This document shows positions 48,767 through 58,510 of a stretch of DNA of 64,000 nucleotides, piece by piece (within the stretch, counting starts at the first letter, position 1; each line of letters opens with the position of its first letter). A program made the translations under genes and the position numbers. Source of the stretch: Mustelus asterias (lineage: Eukaryota); assembly GCF_964213995.1 (NCBI RefSeq), contig NC_135812.1:70494001-70558000 (forward strand), given 5' to 3'. Under the pieces are notes generated by a model. The model did not search any database. It was not told where the DNA came from and was given only the letters and a program-made list of their open reading frames with translations.

Positions 48767-51700
48767 TCACAAGTTCAGTCGTATTGGAGGACCGCACCGT
48801 CTCTGCGACCTCCTCAACACTGGCGGTAATGCCGGTTCTGGTGACCGTGGTGACCTTCTCTCCAAGGCGGTGTCCAGTGACTCCTCCAGTTCCTCACGGA
48901 CAGGTGGACCACGAGGTGGCGACAATCTGCTGGACTCGAGCACGCCTCGAGGTGGTGACAATCTCCTGGACTCAGGCAAGCTGTACACGGGAGTAAGAGG
49001 ATTAAGTGGTGGTCCCGATACTGCCCGCGCCGTGTCAGGAGGGGAGATAAGGGTCGGGGGGCCCCTACCTAGGGGTGTGGGAGCAACTGGGGTGTCCAAG
49101 TCCCCTGCTGGCACCAGATCTCTAATAGAGACCGTGTCCCCTTACCCGTCAGGATATGCCACATAGGCATATTGAGGGTTGGCGTGGAGGAGATGGACCT
49201 GTTCAACCAAAGGGTCAGACTTGCGGGTCCTAACATGCCGCCGCAGGAGGACAGGTCCTGAGTGCGTCAACCAAGACTGTAATGAGGTCCCAGAGGAAGA
49301 CTTCCTAGGGAAGGTAAACATCCTCTCATGTGGAGTAGCGTTGGTTGCCGTACACAGGAGTGAGCGGATAGAATGGAGCACATCAGAGAGTACCTCTTGC
49401 CAACGGGAGACTGGAAGACCTTTAGACCTCAACGCCAGTAAGACAGCCTTCCAGACTGTAGCATTTTCTCGTTCAACCTGTCCGTTACCCCTAGGGTTGT
49501 AACTCGTAGTTCTGCTTGAGGCAATCCCTTTTGAGAGCAGGTATTGCCTCAAGTCGTCACTCATGAATGATGAGCCCCTATCACTGTGGATATAGCTGGG
49601 GTAACCGAACAGGGTGAAAAGATCCCGTAATGCTTTGATAACCGTGGCAGTGGTCGTATCAGAACAGGGAATGACAAAAGGGAATCGTGAATACTCGTCA
49701 ATCACATTGAGGAAGTACACGTTCCGATCTGTCGAAGGAAGGGGGCCCTTGAAGTCCACACTCAGTCTTTCGAAAGGGCGAGTGGCTTTAATGAGGAGTG
49801 CCCTGTCAGGTCGGTAGAAGTGCGGTTTGCATTCAGCACATACCTGGCAGCTTCGGGTTATGGACCTGACATCCTCCACTGAGTAGGGTAGATTCCAGGC
49901 CTTTACGAAATGGAAGAGCCGAGTGACCCCCGGATGGCAGAGATCATTGTGGAGAGTCTGTAATCGATTCTCCTGCACACTTGCACATGTTCCACGCGAC
50001 AGGGCGTCTGAGGGCTCATTGAGCTTCCCTGGACGGTACATGATATCATAATTGTAGGTGGAGAGTTCGATTCTCCACCTCAAGATTTTATCATTTTTGA
50101 TCTTACCCCGTAACGTGTTGTTGAACATGAACGCCACGGACCGCTGGTCCATGAGCAGGGTGAATCGTTTTCCCGCCAAGTAATGGCGCCAATGCCGAAC
50201 GGCCTCCACAATGGCCTGGGCCTCCTTTTCCACCGCAGAGTGTCGAATTTCGGGGCCTTGGAGGGTGCGAGAGAAAAAGGCGACGGACCTGCCCGCCTGG
50301 TTAAGTGTGGCGATCAAGGCGAAATCAGATGCATCACTCTCCAGCTGAAAGGGGATGGACTCATCAACAGCGTGCATCGTGGCTTTCGCGATGTCGGCTT
50401 TTATCCCTTCAAAGGCTAAGCGAGCCTCTGTTGCTAGGGGAAAGGAGGTAGACTTGATGAGCGGACGGGCTTTGTCCGCATAATTGGGAACCCACTGTGC
50501 ATAGTATGAGAAGAAGCCTAAGCATCTTCTCAGTGCTTTGATGCTAGTGGGCAGAGGAAGTTCCAGTAGGGGACGCATGCGGTCTGGATCAGGGCCAAGG
50601 ACCCCGTTTTCCACCACATATCCGAGAATTGCTAAACGGCGCTTGTGAAATATGCACTTCTCCCTGTTGTAGGTCAGATTCAGGCGAGACGCAGTGCGTA
50701 AAAATCTAAGGAGGTTGGCATCGTGGTCCTACTGGTCATGGCCGCAGATAGTGACGTTATCCAGGTACGGGAAGGTAGCCCGCAGCCCGTTTTGGTCCAC
50801 CATTCAGTCCATTGCACGCTGGAAGACCGAGACCCCATTCGTGACGCCAAAGGGAACCCTTAAAAAGTGATAAAGGCGACCATCCGCCTCAAAGGCCGTG
50901 TATTTTCGGTCCTCTGGGCGAATGGGGAGCTGGTGGTAAGCTGACTTCAAGTCAATGGTGGAGAACACCCGCTACTGCGCAATCTGGTTGACCATGTCAG
51001 ATATGCGCGGGAGAGGATACGCATCCAGCTGCGTGTATCTATTAATGGTCTGACTATAGTCTATGACCATCCGGGGTTTGTGTCCAGTTTTAACCACCAC
51101 TACTTGCGCTCTCCATGGACTAGAGCTAGGTTGGATGATCCCTTCCTTGAGGAGCCGCTGAACCTCAGATCGAATAAAGATCCGATCCTCAGCGTTGTAA
51201 CGCCTGCTCTTGGTTGCGATGGGCTTGCAGCCTGGCACTAGATTCTCGAATAAGGATGGTGGGGTGATTCTGAGTGTCGAGAGGCTACACGTGGAGCGCG
51301 CTGGGCAATTTGGAGGCTGCGGTGCTCCCACTGAAAGTGGAGGGAGCAGTCCATCGTACTGCAGGGTTACACTCCTCAGGTGGACCATAAAGTCTAGTCC
51401 CAGGAGCATCGGAGCGCAAAGGTGCGGTAACACAAGGAGCCTGAAGTTCTCGTAAACTGTGCCCCGCACCGTCAGGTTGACCATGCAGCTCCCTAGCATG
51501 GTAACAGACCGGGACCTCGACGCCATCGAAATTGTCTGTCTGACAGTCCGTACTCGGAGACCGCACCATTTCACGGTGTCAGGGTGAATGAAACTCTCCG
51601 TGCTCCCGCTGTCAAACAAACAATGAATTTGGCGTCCATTTACCTCTATGTCCATCATGGACTTGTCGAGTCTGTGAGGCTTGGCCTGGTCCAGGATGAT

Positions 51701-52153
51701 TGACGCCCCCGTTGGATCTTGGGTGCCGCTGCAGGCAGCTGAGATGGTTGATGATGATGACCCCTGCTGGTCGTCCGCGGTCGGTGCCGACCAAAATGGC
51801 TGCGCCCATGGATCGCACGTGGTCGGTGTCGCTAAAAGTGGCGGCCCCTGCAGGTCGCACATGTCTTGCGTCTCCGTCGTCAGGAATGGCGGCGCTCTGG
51901 AATCGCACGTGGTGGAAGACCGCGAAGACGCTGGAGACAAGGAGACAGGCTCAGGAGAATCACACGCTGCACTGCTATGTTTGGAGGGTGGTTTGGTCCT
52001 ACAGACTTTGGCATAATGCCCTTTCTTTCTGCACGCGGAGCACAATACCATTCTGGCTGGACATCGTTGCCGAGGGTGTTTCGCCAATCCACAGAAGTAA
52101 CACCGCGGGCCTCCTGGAGCTGCCGCCGTCGTCAGGTCCGAGGTTGGGAACAC
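48767..52153 (-). pseudogene. Gypsy pol (twin CCHC knuckles, protease, RT, RNase H, integrase) with four in-frame stops
   Basis: CYFCGLAKHPRQRC/CSACRKKGHYAKVC; LFDSGST; IDLKSAYHQ; YLDN; ESDASD; HSDRG...GNGQVER; stops at 50972-50974, 50804-50806, 50729-50731 and 49142-49144. Confidence 0.93.
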
Positions 52154-52772
52154 AATCGCGCAGTTTTTCGGAGCCGCTGAATAAAGTAGTCGGTGGCTGT
52201 AATTGCCACGATGTTCCCACGTGGTCGGTGGGGTACGTTTCTAGGCTTCTGGAGGCCGTCTCCATAGCGTCAGCCAATTCTACTGTCTTAGCGAGGTCTA
52301 GGTTACCTTGCTCTAACAGCCGGAGGCGAATGTACGACGAGCCGATTCCCGCCACGAACGCATCGCGGATCAAGTCACTCGTATACTGGGCCGCCGACAC
52401 TGACTTGCAATTGCAGGCTCTGGCTAGCTGCTGGAGTTCACCCGGGTACTGTTCAGTCATTTTGCCGGGCTGCCGCCGTCGAGTGGCTAGAAGGTGTCGA
52501 GCATGGATCTCGTTTGGCGGTTTGTTGTACCGCTTCTTAAGTCGTTCGATGGCCCCCTTGTAGTCTTGGGCATCGCGGATTGCTAAGTATATGGTGTCGC
52601 TTACCCTCGCGTGGAGGACCCGCAGTCTATCGTCGTCGTTTTGAATGGCTGTTGAGGCATCGATGTAGTCTTGAAAACACTTTAACCAATGGTCGAAAGT
52701 GTTCGACGCTCCTGCTGCACGTGGATCTAAAGTAAGCCGATCGGGTTTTAACATTTGCTCCATGGTTTTCAA
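51999..52772 (-). CDS. Gypsy gag; frame changes to the knuckle/pol frame near 52150-52200
   Basis: MLKPDRLTLDP...HWLKCF, ARHLLATRRRQPG, IRDAFVAGIGSSYIRLRLLE. Confidence 0.85.
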   Translation of the reverse strand: MKTMEQMLKPDRLTLDPRAAGASNTFDHWLKCFQDYIDASTAIQNDDDRLRVLHARVSDTIYLAIRDAQDYKGAIERLKKRYNKPPNEIHARHLLATRRRQPGKMTEQYPGELQQLARACNCKSVSAAQYTSDLIRDAFVAGIGSSYIRLRLLEQGNLDLAKTVELADAMETASRSLETYPTDHVGTSWQLQPPTTLFSGSEKLRDCVPNLGPDDGGSSRRPAVLLLWIGETPSATMSSQNGIVLRVQKERALCQSL

Positions 52773-52773
52773 A

Positions 52774-52791
52774 ATTCTGTCAGTAATAAAA
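52774..52791 (-). other. Non-tRNA primer-binding site complementary to the element's own LTR
   Basis: Minus-strand TTTTATTACTGACA(GAAT) begins 1 nt after the 5' LTR and pairs with 52846-52864; no TGG. Confidence 0.75.
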
Positions 52792-52792
52792 T

Positions 52793-53089
52793 TGATGCAC
52801 GATTAAATCACTCGGGAGGCTAGATTGTACCCGGGAAATAAAGGCTTTTATTACTGACAAGAATGGAGCACACTATATACAATACAATCCCAGACTAAAG
52901 GGTCTCCAGGCAGTGCAGTGACCTTTATACTTCCCCTGGTAGGCGGAGCCAACTGGAGTGTACCACAGAACAATATCAACAGGTAGAACAGCCCAACCCT
53001 AACACCAACAGTAACATATCTACAAACCCCATAGTGCTGACCATCCATGGCTCAGCACTCATAGTGGTAACCAACTATGGTTCACCACA
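52793..53089 (-). repeat. 5' LTR
   Basis: Direct repeat of 48405-48701. Confidence 0.97.
52924..52929 (-). promoter_or_regulatory. Putative LTR TATA box
   Basis: TATAAA on the minus strand about 70 nt upstream of the LTR AATAAA. Confidence 0.55.
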
Positions 53090-53129
53090 CCTACTTCCTT
53101 CCCACCTCCATCTGGTTAAGTCTGAGCGT

Positions 53130-53390
53130 AGGGAAAAAGATACAAAAGTCTGAAGGCACGTACCAACCGACTCAAGAACAGCTTCTTCCCTGCTGCCATC
53201 AGACTTTTGAATGGACCTACCTCACACTAAGTTGATCTTTCTCTACACCCTAGCTATGACTGTAACCCTACATTCTGCACTCTCTCCTTTCCTTCTCTAT
53301 GTACGGTATGCTTTGTCTCTATCGCATGCAAGAAACAATACTTTTCACTGTATACTAATACATGTGACAATAATAAATCAAATTAAATCA
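53130..53390 (+). mobile_element. Rex1/Babar-like LINE 3' end
   Basis: Encodes KRYKSLKARTNRLKNSFFPAAIRLLN; tail aataaatcaaattaaatca. Confidence 0.82.
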
Positions 53391-54849
53391 GAAGATGCAT
53401 GGGCTCTCTGCCTCGGATGCCAATTGAAGCCCTTAAGTCAGCAATTAAGGGGTTCATCCCACCGTCACTAGTGTTCAAAGAGCAGCAGGCAGGGGGGAGG
53501 GGGGAGGGGGAGGGGTCAACACTCGGGAATCCTGAAAATTAAACCAGCAGAGTCTCAGATGGGTTCCTTGTTTCAAGGCAAACAGAGCCTGAACAAAGAA
53601 TCCCGCACAAGGAAGGGAGGGTGGGGACATTGGGTGGGAACACTGAAAGCCACCCATCATCCCCGCCCTTGTTTCTGACTCCCTGCTTCTGAGCCTGTCA
53701 CTCCACACACCCGTCCTGCTGTCACTCACTTTTGATCAGGAGCCCCTCCTTGGCCTTTGCTGGGTGCATTACCGGCAGCAACCACAGCGCCTGGTGGCAC
53801 TGATGGGCAATGGAGAGCTGCTGGCCTCTGATCGGCTGACAGCTCTTGAGGGTGGGATTTCCAGAGGTCTTAAATCCCCAGGAAGGCCTGACATTGGCCA
53901 CTTGAGTGCCCGATGGGCATTTAACAGATAGGTCTTCGCTAAAGAGGTGACATGGGGCTCCCACTGGTTCTCCAGCGACACCCATTGCAAGCATTAAGTT
54001 CTGCCAATGATCACTGCTTCAATTATCTATACTCTGACAGAAAGCAGAGCCACCCCCTGTAAACATTTCCAATTTTCACAGGCTTTTTCAGGAACCAAGT
54101 CCATCAGCAGCTCCCCGACTCAGAACAATGCTCTCTTAAAACCTTCGTCTGACCTTAAGAGTCCAATATTTGTCTGCAACTGAGGCTGATAATGAGATGC
54201 GTCACATGAATGAAATCTGTCAAAAGTTGGAAACTTAACCAACTATTACCATTTATTCGCAATTTCTGGGGTTTAATTTGTTGGGTATTTCATGGTTTGC
54301 ATGATTTAAAAAATCTTGAGGGAAAACACCATCAGAGTAAATGATGACAAAGCTTAGAAGAGCCAATTATTTTCAAAGATGTAATTGTTTTTGTTGAGGG
54401 GCTGGGTTGAGGGTTTGAGACCTGCTACTGCCATTTTTTTCCTTCAGTCAAGCTGTCCCACACAGCTCTGTAATAAACACATCATTCAATCTGAGTAATA
54501 TATGAAATGTGTTGTAATGGAGAGAGGGGAATAGGATTGCGAGGTCAACACAGCTTTATTGCAATAACCTACCCATCTCTCTCTCTCTCTCTCCTTCCTT
54601 TTGTTTCTCTCACTTTCAGCTAGGCCAGGTCATTCTGGTCAAAGCTATATCTGCAGTCAGGATCTCTCAGGCAAAAGAAAGCAGAGTTGGGGCAGATGGT
54701 CATCTTAGGAATGCCCCATATAAGCAACAGCAGCTTTCCATCAACTCTGTATGTCATTGGTTTTTTATTTTCTAAATGTGTTTGCAGTGACGATAAAGAT
54801 TAGTGATATAAAGACATCACTAACTACTGGATAACTATAGCACTGATCC

Positions 54850-55495
54850 ATCCCACACCCCACTGCACACCCCCCAACTACCCTCCAGACCCCACCATCC
54901 CCCCGATGGAATCACTCCTAGCCCCATAACATCCATCCCTATGACCGCTGACTACCCCCTCAGCCCCTACTACCCTCCTGACCTCCCTGACTATCCAGCC
55001 AGCCCCAGACTATCCTCCCAACCACCTGACTAACCCTACCCCAACTACCATCTCAAACCCCTCAACCCTTGACTACTTGCCCAACCTCTGACTATCCTCT
55101 TGGCCCCTCAACTATCCCCAGTAGCCAGTAAACCCCGTCCCACTGATCACCTTTCCCACTGACCATCAGCCCCCTGCCATTGGCCATCCAACCCTCCCAT
55201 GACCATCTAGCACCCCCCCCCCCCTTCCACATTGAACACCTGACTCTCACCACTGACCACTCAAACCTTTCCAATGATCACCCAGCCCATTGACCAGCTG
55301 ACCCCCCTCACGCTGACCATACAATCCTCCCATACAATAACTACCCCTCCCTCCCAGTGAGCAGCTGACCACCGCTACTGACCATCCAAACCTTCCCTAT
55401 GATCACCCACCCCATTGACCATGTGACCCCCCACCATTCAACCCTCCCACTCCGAATCATTCGACACACCCCCACCCCCACCCAACCCCCCTTCT
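54850..55495. repeat. C-rich degenerate tandem/low-complexity repeat
   Basis: Recurring gactacccc and ctgaccat units; 55251-55310 resembles 55375-55436. Confidence 0.7.
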
Positions 55496-55629
55496 TCAAG
55501 TGGCTAAATCTTTAAACTTATCTGCTTTACAAAAGCTAGCACCATAAGAAATGGGGTTGAGGGGATGTGGGGGATGGCTTCCTTTTCCCCAACTCTCCTG
55601 CACTCAACTGAAAGACTTGGGATCCTGCT

Positions 55630-57790
55630 GCAGTATGCAATTGCATTTAAAGGTGTCATTCTCAGATGTAACATTGCAATGTATAGATCTTCCTCGGTCT
55701 GTCTACATTTGAGAATGAAAGGTTTCACCATTAATTCACCCTGACCATTAGACCTAGAGTAATGAGGTGAAGAAGTAGTGTGATCGATATTCCACTTCTC
55801 GCACATATCCTGAAATGGCTTATCAATAAATTGTGGACTGTTAGCTAAAGTGAAATCTCTAGGCACACCTAATAAATTGAAAATCGCATTTTGAGTATAT
55901 GTGACAGTTTTGCTTGATGTATCGTGCGGTCGTTTAATAATGGGGTACCTGGGAAAAGTAGCTGATAAAGTCGGCACCATGGACATGAAAAAGGCCAAAA
56001 GGACCAAGGATGGTGAGGAACGTCATATGGAATCAATGGAATCAGTGGAATCAGATTTGTGCTGACTTGATATTTTCTCTTTGGGTGGCACAGTGGCACA
56101 GTGGTTAGCACTGCTGCCTCACAGCGCCACGGACCCGTGTTCAATTCCAGCCTCGGGTCATTGGCTGTGTGGAGTTTGCACATTCTCCCCGTGTCTGCGT
56201 GGGTTTCCTCCGGGCGCTCCGGTTTCCTCCCACAGTTCAAAGATGTGCAGGCTAGGTTGATTGGCCATGCAAAATTGATCCTAGTGTCAGGGGGATTAGC
56301 AAGGTAAATATGTGGGGTTACGGGAATAGGATCTGGGTGGGATTGTGGGACTCGATGAGCCAAATGGCCTCCTTCTGCACTGTAGGGGTTCTGTGATTCT
56401 TGACATGCCTCGCACTTCTTGACAATGACTTCAATGTCATTGCTCATACCTAGCCAAGAAACTGTTTCTCTTTCTTCTTGTCCAATCTGTGTCTACATGT
56501 GAGTGGAGAAGTTGTTAAAGAATATCAGTTTACAAAGACTCAGGTACAATGGCCTGCCATTAAAAATGACTCTGGAGGAGATGCCCAGCTTGTCCTGATG
56601 AAGCTAAAATAGCCTCATGTTCTGAATTGAACCACGCTATCCTTCAGTGATTGTCTTCCTCAGTTTCTGCAGTATGGAATCTTTCACAATTTCTTCTTGT
56701 AGCTGCTGGCACTTGTGCTGTGCAAAATATACCAGATCAATTTGGAGAACATCTTAAAGTTTAACGCCAATCAAATCAGTTTATAGATCTAAAGATATAT
56801 CTTCTGTTTTCACTGGGTTAGGCAACTCGCTAAGTGTATCTGCTATGATTATCAACTTACCTGACTTGTACCTAATCTCACTGTCTTTATCAAGGGATAT
56901 TGCAAACTTGATGGGACACAGGTCAATGGTTTTCATCAAATCATTTCTGTGATATAGATGCATCCTGGTACATCCATGTGAGCTTGAATGATGTCCTGGC
57001 TAACCGAGTGCCCAACAGGAAGTAATTATAAGCAATATTGTCCAAATTGGGGTATAAAACTCATTAGGCTATCCAGACCCCTCCACGAGATGTACTAATC
57101 AAAACCTTGCTTGGCATCAAGCTTCAAAAAGAATTTTGCATCTCTAAATCTCTGATTCAATTCTTCTAATGTGGGAACAATGTGTCAAGACTACATTTAA
57201 AAATCATGGATCGAGTCATACTCTCAATGATCTGCCCTTCTTTATGACCATGTGATAGTCTGTAAGCTCTTGCACTTTTCCAATGATTCCATCTTTTTCC
57301 ATTTTGTCTAGAGCAACCTTCAGTTTGGCTTGTATGTGAATGCTGAGCTTACGCCATAGTTCAATCGACAGACTTACATTGCCCTGCAAGTGCAGTGTTG
57401 CAGCTCCCTGGAAACTGCCAGGCTTGTCGAAACATTCTGGATATTTTGATGTTAGATTGTGAGCTGAGGTGACAGGAGTAACTTCCGAGGTTGAGCTGCC
57501 CTGTGATATCTGACTGTTTCCATCAATTGTTGCCAATGCGAGGTGTTGATATGCCGGTAGACCTGCAATCGCTGGGCCATTCAGTCCCACAGAGTAGACA
57601 CCCAGGAGGATTAATTATACTTGTACTCCAGGATTGTGGATCCTGCACATGGAATTATGCTGAAAGTTTCACAGCGGTAGGTTTCGTCATAACTTTCCCT
57701 GTTTGTGGGTACATGTCTTTTGGAATTTGCCCTTGCCTCTATCTTGGTCAAGAACGAATAGTTACCAACTTTCTTGGAAACGTGATTTGA
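55630..57790 (-). mobile_element. Decayed Ty3/Gypsy pol relic (RT and integrase)
   Basis: NSPQF...WNIDHTTSSPHYSRSNGQGE (integrase, ORF 55504-56007); KYPECFDKPGSF...LDKMEKDGIIGKV (ORF 57216-57590). Confidence 0.8.
56083..56400 (+). mobile_element. HE1-type V-SINE with CR1-like tail, inside the Gypsy integrase
   Basis: Full head, V-core and tail. Confidence 0.92.
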
Positions 57791-58197
57791 ATCTTGACAA
57801 AGGATTCCAAGGGTGTGAAGAAACTCAGCATATTACCAAAGAAAATAAATATATTATCATAAAATATTGTCAACATTTTTCTTTCTGTGGCTGATGGAGT
57901 TCACTCTTAAGCCCCTTAGAGCTATTAGGTAGCAGCAAAAACTATTGGGTTTCCCACGTCACCCATATACAAAAACTAAACTAAAAATCTAATTAATCTC
58001 CTATCAGATATTCTGCATTTAATGAATAAATAAAATACTGTGGATGCTGAAAATCTGGAACAAAATCAGAAGAAGAGTCATATTGGACTTGAAATGAGAA
58101 GCAGGATTTTTCTCCCTCTCCATGGTGTCTTTCACAGTGACAGGAGGCAGCATGCCGCTCACTGGCAGCAGTATTGTATGGTCCTGCTGCTGTCAAT

Positions 58198-58510
58198 GGG
58201 GCAGCACGGTGGCACAGTGGTTTGCATTGCTGCCTCACAGCGCCAGAGACCAGGGTTTAATTCCCGGCTTGGGTCACTATCTGTGTGAAGTCTGCATATT
58301 CTCCCCGTGTCTTCGTGGGTTTCCTCCAGGTGCTCCAGTTTCCTCCCACAGTCCGAAAGACGTGCTGGTTAGGTGGATAGGTCATGCTAAATTCTCCCTC
58401 AGTATACCCGAACAGGTGCCGGAGTGTGACGACTAGCGGATTTTCACAGTAACTTCATTGCAGTGTTAATGTAAGCCTACTTGTGACCATGAATAAATAA
58501 ACTTTAAAAA
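58198..58510 (+). mobile_element. HE1-type V-SINE with type-b tail, inside a MITE
   Basis: Full head, V-core and type-b tail. Confidence 0.92.

Larger units (their letters stand above)
48405..53089 (-). mobile_element. Full-length Ty3/Gypsy LTR retrotransposon (Mag-like), 4685 bp
   Basis: Two 297-bp TG...CA LTRs differing at 2 sites; CCTAC TSD at 48400-48404 and 53090-53094; gag-PR-RT-RH-IN order; PPT. Confidence 0.97.
48321..54006. mobile_element. Harbinger-like non-autonomous element split by the Gypsy and a Rex1-like insertion
   Basis: Ends aggcagaatttag / taagttctgcca; GC-rich body resumes at 53095-53130 and 53390-54006. Confidence 0.5.

Noticed and set aside
48912-48973. 36-bp-period repeat encoding RLSPPRG twice in the integrase tail
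   Set aside because: Ordinary duplication in a low-complexity integrase C-terminus
51700-52563. 287-aa antisense ORF (and other overlapping ORFs) in the Gypsy element
   Set aside because: GC-rich shadow frames of gag-pol with no recognisable domain
56083-56160. tRNA-like A/B box sequences as tRNA genes
   Set aside because: They are SINE heads joined to V-core and LINE-derived tails
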